DNA of 64,000 nucleotides from Halofilum sp. (in: g-proteobacteria) (GCA_040880995.1 JBBEEB010000104.1:128-64127), one strand, 5' to 3'. Shown: positions 20,387 through 31,650, numbered from the stretch's first letter. Notes: generated from the letters alone by a model not told the origin. Numbers and translations are program-made.

Positions 20387-23300
20387 ATGGCGCATCGCCG
20401 CGAACCAACTTGGATGGCCGGCCCGCGGGCGCGCCCCCCAAAGCCGGGGCGCCGGAAGACTACCCAACCGGTGACCGCACGAGCACAATGCAGTCGTGCC
20501 CTCGTTGACCTTCCGGCCCGGCACTCGGATCGTCCAAGCGGTGGCCCGCTGCGAGCGCTGCAGCGAACGCACGAGGCGAATGCGTTGACAGCTCCCCCCC
20601 GCGACCCAGAGCTTTCCGGAGTGGTCCGCCCAAGGCCGGCCGCGTCCGACGACCATCGCGCCCAATCCGCGCTCGTGGCTTCGATGCTGGACGGTATGGT
20701 CTTGCTGGACGCCGCCGGCCGTATCGTCGAGTTCAACCCGGCGGCCGAGCGCACGCTCGGCTATGCGCGCAGCCAGATCATCGGCAAGGATTTCGCCGAC
20801 ACGCTCCTCCCTGAGCACCTGCGTGACGCGCATCGGCGTGGCCTTTCGGACTACCGCACCAGCGGCCAAGGCGATCTCGTCGGGCGGCGACTCGAGAGGC
20901 CGATCCTGCGCGCCGACGGCAGTGAGATCCTGGTGGAGCAATCCATTACCCCAGCCGATGCCGATGCCGGCGACGGGCCGCGGTTCGCATGCCAGCTACG
21001 CGACCTGACCGCGCACAAAAGCGGGGAGCGTCAGCTGCACCTACGCGTGGCGCAGCAGGCAGCCGTGGCCGCACTGGGGCAAGAGGCACTCGCCAATCAA
21101 GATTTGCAGGCACTGCTCGAACGCGCCGTACGGCTGGTGGCCGAGGCACTCGATACGGCGTTGTGCCAGGTGCTCGAGTTCGATGGCGAACGCTGGTTCG
21201 AACTGCGGGCAGGAGTCGGCTGGCCCGAGGACCTGATCGGCCGGACCCGCACCGGGTCCGAGGGCCAGGCCGGCTACACGCTGCGCGTGGGTGAGCCGGT
21301 CGTGGTCGACGATCTGCGCGTCGAGACGCGCTTTACGCCCATCCCCCTGCTGTTGGCTCAAGGGGTGATCAGCGGCATGAGCGCCGTCATCTGCGGACCC
21401 GACGATGATCCCTGGGGCGTACTGGCGACGCACTCGCGCCAGCGCAAGCAGTTCACCCCCGAGGACGCGCACTTTCTCCAAGCCGTCGCCAACACGCTGG
21501 CGACGGCAATCCAGCGGGCCAAGGGGGAGCAGTACGTGCTCGCGAGCGAGGCCCGGGAACGGGCCCGCGCCGATGAGCTCAACGCCATCATGGAATCGGT
21601 GCCCGCCGTCGTGTGGATCGCGCATGACGCGACCTCGTCGGTAATCTCGGGCAGCCGCAGCTCGTATGAGTTCCTGCGCATCCCGGCAGGACAGAACCAG
21701 TCGCAGACGGCCAGCCCGAACGAAGCGCCGACGCACTTTCAGATGCACATCGACGGGCGCCCGCTGTCGCCGCACGAGTTGCCGGTGCAGCGCGCCGCCC
21801 GCGGCGAAACGGTCGACGGCTGCGAGCTCGAGGCGCGATTCACGGACGGGTCCCGGAGCTTTCTGTTCGGCAATGCGACCCCGCTCTACGACGAACAAGG
21901 CCAACCGCGGGGCTCGGTCGCGGCCTTCGTCGATATCACCGAACTCAAGACGGCGCAGCAGGACCGCGAGCGGCTGCACGCCCGCCTCGAGGCCGACCGG
22001 GCGCTGATGGAGCGGATCCTCGAGCAGATGCCCGTGGGCGTGATCGCGGTCGAGGCGCCGAGCGGGAAGCGGCTGTTCCGCAATCCTCAGGTCGAGCGGT
22101 TGACCGGGTTCGCCACGGCCCCGCAACAACCGCACGAGCGGCATGACTTTCATGCCCGGTCGGACCAGGGCTGGCCATACACGCCCGATCGCTGGCCGTT
22201 GATCCGAGCGTTGCGCCAGGGCGAGACCATCACGGGCGAGGAGATGGCGTTCACCCACCGGGACGGTCGCACCCGCACGATCAGCGCGAGCGCAAGCCCG
22301 ATCCGCGACGCCGCCGGCCATCACATCGCCGCAGTGACGACCTTCCACGACATCACTGAGCGCAAACTGCGCGAGGAAGCGGCTTCCTTTCTCGCCGAGG
22401 TCACTGATCTGCTCGGCAGATCACTCGACTACGAGCAGACGCTGGCGCGGATCGCCCATCTCGCGGTGCCACGTCTGGGCGACTGGTGCATCGTGGATAT
22501 TTGTGAATCCGGGATCGGCGAGGTGCCGCAGTCCGGCATCCGCCGCTTTGCTGCACACGCCGATCCGGACAAGGTCGCCGTGGCTCAGCGTCTGGCCGAG
22601 CAAGACATCCTCGGGGCCGAGGCCTCCCGCGGCATCGGCCGTGTCATGTCTACGGGGGAGGCCGAATGGGCATCCGAGATCTCGGACACCATGCTGTGCG
22701 AGGCCGCCCGCGACGAAGAACACTTGCGTGCCCTGCGCGAGCTCGGGCTGCGCTCGTACATCTGCATGCCGATCAAGCGTCGGGAGGAAGTCCTCGGAAC
22801 GATCACACTACTGGCGGCCGAGTCCGGGCCGCGCGAGATCGGTCGCGACGTGCAACTGGCGGAGGAGCTGGCCGAACGCGTCGGTCTCGCACTGGACAAC
22901 GCCCGGCTGTACCAGGCCGCGCGGCGGGAAGTCGCCGAGCGCGAACGGGCCGAGCGCGAACTCCGTCAACTCAACGACGAACTGGAACAACGGGTGGCGG
23001 CGCGCACCGCGGAAACCGAGCAGCGCGCGGCCCAGTTGCGTGCCCTCACCGCCGAGCTCGCCCAGACAGAACAGCGCGAACGGCGGCGACTAGCGCAAAT
23101 ACTGCACGACCATCTGCAGCAGTTACTGGTCGCCGGCAAGCTCGAGATCGCGAACGCACGCCGCAAGGTCGGCGACGGAGCGTCCCTTCAGGCGCTCGAA
23201 CGAACGCACGACCTGCTGGATCAATCCATTCAGGAATGCCGTTCGCTCACGGTGGAGCTGAGCCCGCCCGTGCTCTACGACGCGGGCCTGATCGCCGGGC

Positions 23301-24151
23301 TTCGTTGGCTCGGTCAGTGGATGCACGAGCAACACGGCCTCACGGTCGATCTCCATGCCGACGAGGGCCTCGACCCGGAAGGGGACGACCTTAGCGTGCT
23401 GCTGTTCCAGGCCGTGCGCGAACTGCTGTTCAACGCCGTCAAACATGCAGGCGTCGATCGCGCCGAGGTCCGGGCGCGCCGCGACGCGACCGATCAACTC
23501 GAGATTCGCGTGCGTGACCGCGGCCGCGGCTTCGACCCAGCGTCTGCGGAGGCGGACGACACGCACGACCATTTCGGCCTGTTCAGTATCCGCGAGCGCG
23601 CCGCGCGCCTCGGCGGCGATCTGGCCGTCCACTCGACACCCGGTCGCGGCACCGAAGTCGTGCTCACCGTGCCCGATCGCTCGACCTCCGGCACGCCGGC
23701 CGGTGCCCAAGCGGGCGTTCCGCCAGAGGCGCGAGAGGCGCCCGATCACAAGCCGGTCGCGTCAGACGCGAATCGAACGGGCGCGATACGCGTGGTCCTC
23801 GCGGACGACCACGAGATCGTGCGTGCGGGGCTGGTCAGCGCATTGCAGGGTCAGCCCGACATCGACATCGTCGGCGAGGCCGGCGACGGTCGCACAGCCC
23901 TCGAGCAGGTTCGCCGCACGCGGCCGAGCGTGGCCATCCTCGACGTCACCATGCCGGGCATGACCGGGATCGAAGCCGCTCGGGCGATCACGAGCGAGTA
24001 TCCCGACGTCCGCGTGATCGGCCTTTCCGTGCATGATTCGGACGACATCGCCGCGGCCATGCGCGACGCCGGCGCGGTCGAGTTCGTCAACAAGGCCGCC
24101 GCCTCGGACCGTCTGCTGGCCGTAATTCGGGGGGTAGCACCGCCGCACTGA
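20387..24151 (+). CDS. Hybrid sensor kinase K1: PAS-GAF-PAS-PAS-GAF-HisKA_3-HATPase-REC
   Basis: RRRLAQILHDHLQQ H-box, ELLFNAVKHA N-box, DRGRGF, FGLFSIRER and C-terminal LADDH...LDVTMPGMTG...NK. The true start is uncertain (probably 20585-20690). Confidence 0.9.
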   Translation: MAHRREPTWMAGPRARPPKPGRRKTTQPVTARAQCSRALVDLPARHSDRPSGGPLRALQRTHEANALTAPPRDPELSGVVRPRPAASDDHRAQSALVASMLDGMVLLDAAGRIVEFNPAAERTLGYARSQIIGKDFADTLLPEHLRDAHRRGLSDYRTSGQGDLVGRRLERPILRADGSEILVEQSITPADADAGDGPRFACQLRDLTAHKSGERQLHLRVAQQAAVAALGQEALANQDLQALLERAVRLVAEALDTALCQVLEFDGERWFELRAGVGWPEDLIGRTRTGSEGQAGYTLRVGEPVVVDDLRVETRFTPIPLLLAQGVISGMSAVICGPDDDPWGVLATHSRQRKQFTPEDAHFLQAVANTLATAIQRAKGEQYVLASEARERARADELNAIMESVPAVVWIAHDATSSVISGSRSSYEFLRIPAGQNQSQTASPNEAPTHFQMHIDGRPLSPHELPVQRAARGETVDGCELEARFTDGSRSFLFGNATPLYDEQGQPRGSVAAFVDITELKTAQQDRERLHARLEADRALMERILEQMPVGVIAVEAPSGKRLFRNPQVERLTGFATAPQQPHERHDFHARSDQGWPYTPDRWPLIRALRQGETITGEEMAFTHRDGRTRTISASASPIRDAAGHHIAAVTTFHDITERKLREEAASFLAEVTDLLGRSLDYEQTLARIAHLAVPRLGDWCIVDICESGIGEVPQSGIRRFAAHADPDKVAVAQRLAEQDILGAEASRGIGRVMSTGEAEWASEISDTMLCEAARDEEHLRALRELGLRSYICMPIKRREEVLGTITLLAAESGPREIGRDVQLAEELAERVGLALDNARLYQAARREVAERERAERELRQLNDELEQRVAARTAETEQRAAQLRALTAELAQTEQRERRRLAQILHDHLQQLLVAGKLEIANARRKVGDGASLQALERTHDLLDQSIQECRSLTVELSPPVLYDAGLIAGLRWLGQWMHEQHGLTVDLHADEGLDPEGDDLSVLLFQAVRELLFNAVKHAGVDRAEVRARRDATDQLEIRVRDRGRGFDPASAEADDTHDHFGLFSIRERAARLGGDLAVHSTPGRGTEVVLTVPDRSTSGTPAGAQAGVPPEAREAPDHKPVASDANRTGAIRVVLADDHEIVRAGLVSALQGQPDIDIVGEAGDGRTALEQVRRTRPSVAILDVTMPGMTGIEAARAITSEYPDVRVIGLSVHDSDDIAAAMRDAGAVEFVNKAAASDRLLAVIRGVAPPH

Positions 24152-24301
24152 TCCATCCGGGATTTGACGCGACAAGCGCGGTTTGCTGCATCCGGCCGTT
24201 GGCTCGCTCGCCCACTCGGAATAAGCTGGGATTGCCGACGATCACAACGCCGCGATCGCACGCCGCCGTCGCGTGCCCCGGCGCTGGACAGGATCCAGTC
24301 C

Positions 24302-26374
24302 ATGGATTCGTTGCTCGTACGCGTGACCCTGACCGGGATCGGCTCACGCCGGCGCCCGGTATGGCATCACCCAGACGATCATGCCGGAAGGCATCGCAGT
24401 ACTATGGCCTCCCAACGCCGTACTGCTATCCGCGTTGCTGCTTTCGCCCTATCGGCATTGGCCGTGGATCGGTCTGGCCACGCTCCTTGCGGAATGCATC
24501 GCCGACATCCCGGCATTTCCACTCTGGGCCGCGGTCGCTTTCGGGCTGATCAATCTGTTCGAGAGCGCACTGGCCGCCTGGCTGATCCGCCGATTGGGCA
24601 CGGGTCCGTTCGACTTTGGTCGGCTCGCCAACGGGGTCCGCTTCCTCGTCTTCGGCCCTCTGTTTGGCTCTGCGTTGGCCGCGCTTTTCGGCGCCGCCGT
24701 GTACGTCCAGCTGCAAGGCGCCGAGGCCAACTATCTCGCGTTATGGCGCATCTGGTGGTTCGGCGACGCGCTGGGATTGCTCATCCTCACGCCCCCGATC
24801 ATCGCGCTGTGGCGACAGTTCGAGAGCCGCACACCGTTTGCGTTCTCGTGGCTCAAATTGGCGGAGGCCGTGGCCCTCGCACTTTCGGTCACCGCGTTGA
24901 GCATCGTGGTATTCATCCAGGACGAACCCCGGATGCCGCAGTTCTATTCCGCCCCCATACTCCTGTTGCCCTTGGGAATGTGGGCCGCGATTCGTTTCGG
25001 CATTTTCGGTACCGCCGCGACCATGGCGCTCATCGCCCTGCTGGCGGTGGCCCAACTCGTGCGCGGCGTTTATCCCTATCCGGACGTCACGGCGCAGCAG
25101 GCGGTCTGGCTCACGCAGGAGTATCTGGCGATCGTCGCCGTCGCGACGGTCGGTCTGTCGATCCTGCGGCACGAAATGGCCGAGCAGTGCCAGGCCCTGA
25201 TCGCCAGCGAGCGCGACCTGCGGCGTTTCAACGAGCAGCTCGAACAGCGCGTCGCCAAGCGTACCGCGGAGCTCGAACAGCGCGCGGCGCAACTTCGCGC
25301 CCTCACGTCTGAACTCACGCAGACCGAAGAGCGCGAACGCCGCCGCCTCGCCCAAGTGCTCCACGACCATCTCCAGCAGCTGGTCGTAGCGGGCAAGTTC
25401 GAGATCGCGTCGGCCCTCAACCAGTCCGACGACGAAGCGACCGCTGCATCACTGAAGCGCGTCGGCAACCTGCTGGACCAATCGATCCAGGAATCGAGGT
25501 CGCTGACGATCGAACTCAGCCCACCCGTACTCTACGACGCTAGGCTTATCGCCGGACTGGGATGGCTGACGCAGTGGATGCGGGAGCAGCACGGCCTGAC
25601 GGTCGACCTGCACGCAGCCGAAGGCGCGGATCCCTCGAGCGACGATCTCAGCGTCCTCGTCTTTCAGGCCGTACGGGAGTTTCTGTTCAACGTGGTCAAG
25701 CACGCCGGAGTCGATCACGCGGAGATCACCGTACGTCGCGACGAACTCGGTTGCCTCGAGGTCCGAGTATGCGATCTCGGTTGCGGGTATCGGACGTCTA
25801 GCGATTCTTCCGCGAGCGATCGGTTCGGTCTGTTCAGCATCCGTGAGCGTGCGCAACGCCTCGGTGGCGACCTCACGATCCGGTCTGCGCCCGGAAAGGG
25901 GACCTGCGCGGTGCTCACCGTGCCCGAGGACCCGGCGTCAGTGGCGCGCTGTGCGACGACGCCCGTGCCGCCGGCGCGGGCGCGCGATCCAGGGAATGGC
26001 TCGGTTCGATCGGGGGCGATCCGCGTGCTGGTGGCGGACGATCATGAAGTCGTCCGCGAGGGGCTGGTCGCGACCTTACGCGACCAGCCCGAGATCGTGG
26101 GCGAGGCGGGCGACGGCCAGGCCGCGGTCGAGCTCGTACGCGCCACGCGCCCCACCATCGCGGTGCTCGACATCACCATGCCAGTCATGAATGGCATCGA
26201 GGCGACCCGCGCCATTGTTTCCGAGTTTCCGGCACGCGCGTGATCGGACTGTCGGTGCACGACTCCGAGGACATCGCGGCCGCGATGCGCGACGCCGGTG
26301 CGATCGCCTATCTCAACAAGGCCACGGCATCGACCCGACTTCTGACGCTGATCCGCGAAGCGGCTTGCACGTAG
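24302..26374 (+). pseudogene. Hybrid kinase K2: MASE1-HisKA_3-HATPase-REC with two apparent frameshifts
   Basis: Main frame is 24381-26243. The N-terminus (ATG 24302) and REC tail (VIGLSVHD...TAG 26372-26374) are in other frames. Confidence 0.75.
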
Positions 26375-26443
26375 GGCACTCGCACAACACGCGCGCGGTC
26401 ACGGGCCTCGGCGTTGCCGCCATGTCCGCTCCCGCAGGGCCCA

Positions 26444-27817
26444 CTAGTTGCCCAATCCCATGCTCATGCCGAGCAGGCCGCGACCGTTGATTCGGATCTG
26501 GCCCCGATCATAGCCGGCCGTGGCGAAGAGTTCGTTGCCGTCCGCCTGGATCCAGCCCTGTGACTGTAGGCCTCGTACCTGATCGCGGGCGCTGCTCCGC
26601 GCCTCGGCATCGCTCAGGTCGGACGCTTCAGCCTGCGCGCGCTGCGCGAAAGCGTCGACCACGACCGCCTCCGGCGCCCGCAGGCTGACCTCGGCATGGG
26701 CAAAGCCCGCCAGATCGAACATCTGCATCTGCGCGGCCTGTTCCGGCGCGGGTGCGTTGAGCCCGAGCTTGCCCGAGGCACTCACCGCCCCCTGACCGGC
26801 ACTGCCCTGCAGATCGAGCGTGATTAGCGGCTCGCCGCGCGCCACCTCGCCCCACGGCACCCGCCCGATCACCTGACGCGCGATGCGCTGGCGCTGCGCC
26901 TCGCTCTCGGCGGCAGCGCTTTCACTCGAGAAAGTCTGCAGGGCCTGCAGCAGTTCAGGGGCGAGCCGGTTCGCGCTGAACTTCATCCGAACGTCCGTGA
27001 TCTCATTTTCAGGGGCGACCGCGCGTGCTATGCGGCCATCGAGGCGCGTTGCCACCAGCCCCTGCTGCAGCGAGGTCTCCTGTGAGAACTCGATGCCATC
27101 GATCGAAAGGTCACCCTCGGGAGCGCCGCCCATGCGCATGGAAGCGATGCTCGACGTGCCCGCACCGGTCCAGATGCCGTCGAACTCGGTGGTTGCAAAA
27201 TTCCCCTGCCCACGAATCGCGCCGACCGCCATCGACTCGATCTCGCCCGAATTCGGCTCGAATCGCAGCCCCGGAACCTGCAGCCGATACTCGCCATCAC
27301 CGCCAGGGGTGACGCTGACCTCGCCATTCAGGCCCTTCCACTCCACGGCGCCGTAGTCGAGCTCACGCATACCGTCCGTCGGCGGCGATTGAATCTGCGC
27401 GACACTCGTGCCATCCAGCCGCATCCGGTAATCCACCGTCAGCGGGGAACGCTCGTCGAAGAGTCGCTGCGCGACCTGCTGCGCGCGGCCCTCGGGAATG
27501 CGTGGCGTCGTGCGGATTCGCAGCAGCGAGTTTCCAGCGGCCAAGGCATGATCGATATCATGGTCCAGCACCAGCGTGAATGATTCTTCCAGCTCGGGAT
27601 GGCGGAAGGTGAGCTCGCTGACTGCGGTAGCGCCGAGATAGTCGGACTCGTAGCGGGTGACCACCCATTTCAGATTCGGCGACTGCAGCAACACGGGGTT
27701 CTGTGCGAACGCGTGCATCCGCTGTTCAGCCATATTGCCGGTCACGAGCGGAGCGGCCACCGCGCCGCCGGCGGCCGCGACCAGGATCACCGCGCCTACT
27801 TTGGTCCACTTACCCAT
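26444..27817 (-). CDS. YdgA (DUF945) family protein
   Basis: N-terminal anchor followed by the W.V..YE...GATAVS pattern and C-terminal YDRGQIRING of DUF945. Confidence 0.75.
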   Translation of the reverse strand: MGKWTKVGAVILVAAAGGAVAAPLVTGNMAEQRMHAFAQNPVLLQSPNLKWVVTRYESDYLGATAVSELTFRHPELEESFTLVLDHDIDHALAAGNSLLRIRTTPRIPEGRAQQVAQRLFDERSPLTVDYRMRLDGTSVAQIQSPPTDGMRELDYGAVEWKGLNGEVSVTPGGDGEYRLQVPGLRFEPNSGEIESMAVGAIRGQGNFATTEFDGIWTGAGTSSIASMRMGGAPEGDLSIDGIEFSQETSLQQGLVATRLDGRIARAVAPENEITDVRMKFSANRLAPELLQALQTFSSESAAAESEAQRQRIARQVIGRVPWGEVARGEPLITLDLQGSAGQGAVSASGKLGLNAPAPEQAAQMQMFDLAGFAHAEVSLRAPEAVVVDAFAQRAQAEASDLSDAEARSSARDQVRGLQSQGWIQADGNELFATAGYDRGQIRINGRGLLGMSMGLGN

Positions 27818-28194
27818 GCTGGCTCCCTTCCGTTGTTATTCGGCTGTTTTCCTCGTCGGTGACTGCACGCTCGCCCCATTGCGTGCACGACGCGCGTTCG
27901 GCCGAGCCTACACCGTCGCGCGCTGCCGGCGCGACCGCGCAGCGATTGCTCTGTGGACAAGTTCCGCGCCGCAGTGGATGGCAGGGCCGCCCGGAGGGAG
28001 CCGTCCGTCGGGCAGGCGGGTCCGCTCTTCGCGAAAACCGGGGCTCGATGCATTGTCCGTGGCAGGATTCCGGCCGATGCGAGGATCGCATATCATCCGG
28101 CGGTCCCCGGCGGGCCACGCCCCGACCCAGGTCGCAGGTCGGCCGCGGAATCGTGCGCGATGCGGCGCCACCGCGCCATTCGTGAGGAGTCAGC

Positions 28195-28860
28195 ATGCCG
28201 AGCATTTTCGTCGAACGCGGCCATCCGCGGAATCGGATTCTGATTGATTCCGAGAACAACCGACAGGCGATCGTCGATACCACCGGCCTGACCTGGCAGA
28301 TGCTGGGGGCGGCACGGGTCGCCATGGACGGACGCGTACTCGACTACATCGAAGAGCCCGACATGCGCCCACAGGATATCCTGGTGGCGTACGCGCGGGC
28401 GCAGAACGATCCCTCGCACGTGGGCCGCGCCTGGCGCACGATCCCGCACGAGCTGCGCAGCGGGACACAGCGCAACGAGCAAACCCGGTTCACGTCGTTC
28501 TACTTCGCGCTGCGCCGCTGGCGCCTGGACAGCGCGCGCTTCGTCGCCACCCATGACTGGCGTTCGCTACGCCGGTACAGCGGTCCGGGCCTGCTCTACA
28601 TCCCCGGGCGCGAGAGCACGTCACTGACGCCGTACACGCACACGAGCGCTTGGCCGGCACAATGGCAGATCGTCCCCGCCGCCGATGCAGACGATTACTC
28701 CCGCCGTTGGTCGATCAGCACCGAGGAAATGACGCTGCGCGCCCTGCGGGCGGCCGGACTCAACGCCGACGAAATCGCAGCAGAATGGCCACGCGGCACA
28801 TCGGCCGATGCCTCCGACCGATTCGACCTCTCGCCCATCCGGTACGCCCGCTTTCGCTGA
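28195..28860 (+). CDS. Hypothetical protein (221 aa)
   Basis: GAGGAG RBS before the ATG and host-like codon usage; no motif recognised. Confidence 0.6.
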   Translation: MPSIFVERGHPRNRILIDSENNRQAIVDTTGLTWQMLGAARVAMDGRVLDYIEEPDMRPQDILVAYARAQNDPSHVGRAWRTIPHELRSGTQRNEQTRFTSFYFALRRWRLDSARFVATHDWRSLRRYSGPGLLYIPGRESTSLTPYTHTSAWPAQWQIVPAADADDYSRRWSISTEEMTLRALRAAGLNADEIAAEWPRGTSADASDRFDLSPIRYARFR

Positions 28861-28869
28861 ACTACGCCG

Positions 28870-30393
28870 CTACTCGGTCTCGACCCGATTGCGTCCCAGA
28901 CGTTTCGCGCAGTAGAGCGCGTCATCCGCCTTCTGCATCAGAAGGTCGAGCGTGTCGCAGCCTTTCCATTCGGCCACGCCGAAGCTGGCCGTCACCCGGA
29001 TGACCTGCGACTGATGTTCGATAACCATGGCGTCGATCCCGGCACGAATCCGTTCGGCCACTTTGCATGCCTGGGCTGAGTCGGTCTGCGTCAGGAGGAT
29101 GACGAACTCCTCTCCGCCGGAGCGTCCGCATAGATCGCTCGGGCGCAGTGCATCGCTGACGGGATCGAAGATTCGTCTCAGGACTTCGTCGCCGGTGTCA
29201 TGCCCGTAGCAATCGTTGACCTGCTTGAAATGGTCCAGATCGAACATGATCAGCGACGCGGTCTCGCCATCCGCAGCCACACGCTTGAGCTGGCGCTGAC
29301 CGAGCTGCTCGAAATGGCGACGGTTCGCGAAGCCGGTCAAAAAATCAGTGGTCGCCAGCTGCTCGAGTCGCTTGTTCGCCTTCCGCAGCTCCTCGTTGGC
29401 GCGTTCAACCTCGCTCGTGCGCGCGGCTACGGCTGTCTCGAGTTGCGCGTTGTGTGCATGGAGTTCGCGCTCCTGCGCCAGCAGCATCTCGCGTTGTTGC
29501 CGTAACTCATGCATGAGGATCGCCAATCCCACCGAGGCAACGACGACGATGGTCAGGTACTCCTGGGTCAGCCAGACCGCCTGCGCGGGGGTAACCTGGG
29601 GGTACGGGTATATCCCCTCGACGAGGTGGCCAACGGCCAGCAGAGAGATCAGCGCGACGATCACGCTGGCACCGAGCACTTCGAACCTTAGAGCTGCCCA
29701 AAGACCCACCGGCAAGAGCAGGATGGGCGCGAAATCGAACTGCAGGGCGTCCGGATCGTTCTGGATGAACGCGAGTACACCCATGATCAGGACAACCAAT
29801 ACGAGCGCCGCGAACTCCAGAACGCGCGTCCACTCAAGCCGCATCCATCGGGCCTGCTCGATCCAGCGGACCGCGGTGACGAGCAACGGAGTCAGCACCA
29901 ACAGGCCCAACGCGTCGCCAAACCACCATATCCGCCACGCCGCGAAATATCCGCTGTCCGCGCGCCCAAGCAGCACATAGATCGCCGCGCCGAACACGGC
30001 GGCCAGCGCCGAGGCCAGCAGTGGCCCGGCCAGCAAGAACACGCGTCCCTCGTAGAGGCGGTTGAACCCGAATCGCTCGCCGCACAAATGTCGAATCAGG
30101 GAGGCCGCGAGCGTGGCCTCGAGCACATTGATCAGCCCGAACCCGATGGCGGCCGACACCGGGAACGCCGGTATGTCGGCGACGAGTTCGGCAGCAAGGG
30201 CGGCCAGGGCCAGCCACGGCCACTGGCGTGGTGGGCATAACAGCAAGGCCGCCAACAGCACGGCATTGGGTGGCCACAGCACCGCGATTCCGCTGGGGGC
30301 GATCGTGTAGTTCACGCCGTACCACGCGCAGAGGTAATACCCGCCGGCGACAAGCGCCATACGCCGGAGCACGACGAGTGAAGAACCTTCCAT
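28870..30393 (-). CDS. MASE1-GGDEF diguanylate cyclase
   Basis: LWPPN MASE1 motif, TDFLTG..NRR, DLDHFKQVND.YGH, RPSD I-site and GGEEF. Start trimmed to MEGSS. Confidence 0.92.
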   Translation of the reverse strand: MEGSSLVVLRRMALVAGGYYLCAWYGVNYTIAPSGIAVLWPPNAVLLAALLLCPPRQWPWLALAALAAELVADIPAFPVSAAIGFGLINVLEATLAASLIRHLCGERFGFNRLYEGRVFLLAGPLLASALAAVFGAAIYVLLGRADSGYFAAWRIWWFGDALGLLVLTPLLVTAVRWIEQARWMRLEWTRVLEFAALVLVVLIMGVLAFIQNDPDALQFDFAPILLLPVGLWAALRFEVLGASVIVALISLLAVGHLVEGIYPYPQVTPAQAVWLTQEYLTIVVVASVGLAILMHELRQQREMLLAQERELHAHNAQLETAVAARTSEVERANEELRKANKRLEQLATTDFLTGFANRRHFEQLGQRQLKRVAADGETASLIMFDLDHFKQVNDCYGHDTGDEVLRRIFDPVSDALRPSDLCGRSGGEEFVILLTQTDSAQACKVAERIRAGIDAMVIEHQSQVIRVTASFGVAEWKGCDTLDLLMQKADDALYCAKRLGRNRVETE

Positions 30394-30869
30394 CAAATGA
30401 TCCGATCGTCCAGGAGGTGTATGCGGCGTGATACGAGCAGACGCTGGGGGGCGTAGCGGCCTCCGGTACTTACGCCAAGCCCGCGGCGTGCCCCCGAGTT
30501 CGCCTCGGCCCGCTTCAAGTTTGCCGGACCGAGGTAAAAGCAAAATGCGTGCCGCGGTGCGCCGCGCAACTGGCCTCGCGGTCGGCGTCATCGATGCAGC
30601 GGCGGTTCGACTCAGGAGAGTATCGTCTCTAGGAGCAGGCTTGGCCGCGCGGTGCATTCACGGCAAAAGGGTCTCGACCGAGAGCGTAGGCGTTGCTCTG
30701 GCGTTTGCGGATGGCCCCGCCCAGCGGTTCGTCCTTGGGACGGCTGCGCGCTACGCCAAGTCGTCATGCCGTCGGCCGCCCAACAGGCGCATAGCACGAG
30801 GCCATAAATAGCGCGGACGCCGCCACGCTCCTGTCGCCATGGGTGGCGCTACGGGTCCGCGCGCGCGGT

Positions 30870-31601
30870 TCATGTGCGCCGGCCGCCACTGGCCTCCGCT
30901 ACCTCAGCGGCCGCCTGGATCGGGCGCTCGTCGGCCAGGCGTTCGCTGTAGCGGTCGACGAGGTAATCGCCGAGATCGCGCGTGAGCAGGGTGAACTTGA
31001 CCAGTTCCTCCATGACATCGACCACGCGGTTGTACAACGAGGACGGCTTCATGCGACCGTTCTCTTCGAACTCGTCATACGCCTTGGGCACGGACGACTG
31101 GTTGGGGACGGTCAGCATGCGCATCCAGCGGCCGAGGATGCGCATGTTGTTGACGGCATTGAACGACTGCGAGCCGGCATTGACCTGCATCAACGCGAGC
31201 GTCCGCCCCTGGGTTGGACGCACGCCGCCGTAGGACAAGGGCAGCCAGTCGATCTGCGCCTTCATGAGCCCGGTCATGTTGCCGTGGCGCTCCGGGCTCG
31301 ACCAGACCTGGCCCTCCGACCACTCGGACAGCTGGCGCAGCTCGACCACCTTGGGGTGGTCAGGCGGTGCGTCGTCGGGCAACGGCAGCCCCGAGGGGTT
31401 GAAGAAGCGCGCCTCGGCACCGAACGCCTCCAGCAAGCGAGCCGCTTCCTCGGCCAGCAGACGGCTGTAGGAGCGCTCCCGCAGCGAGCCGTAGAGCAAC
31501 AGGATGCGCGGCCGATGGGTCGACGGCTGCGCCGCGCGCAGGCGCTCGACCGTCGGGTGGTCGAGAAAGGCGCGCTCAATGTTGGGCAGATCACTCGTCA
31601 C
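30870..31601 (-). CDS. arsH: Arsenical resistance flavoprotein ArsH
   Basis: [34 protein letters not shown] and [10 protein letters not shown]. Confidence 0.95.
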   Translation of the reverse strand: MTSDLPNIERAFLDHPTVERLRAAQPSTHRPRILLLYGSLRERSYSRLLAEEAARLLEAFGAEARFFNPSGLPLPDDAPPDHPKVVELRQLSEWSEGQVWSSPERHGNMTGLMKAQIDWLPLSYGGVRPTQGRTLALMQVNAGSQSFNAVNNMRILGRWMRMLTVPNQSSVPKAYDEFEENGRMKPSSLYNRVVDVMEELVKFTLLTRDLGDYLVDRYSERLADERPIQAAAEVAEASGGRRT

Positions 31602-31650
31602 GACATTTTCCTCATAGATGTATCGGGCACCCCCCCTTCCCGAATCCGCT

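Noticed and set aside
27818-28194. Possible riboswitch (e.g. c-di-GMP) in the GC-rich spacer near the cyclase
   Set aside because: No recognisable GEMM or other aptamer consensus. An Infernal scan would be needed.
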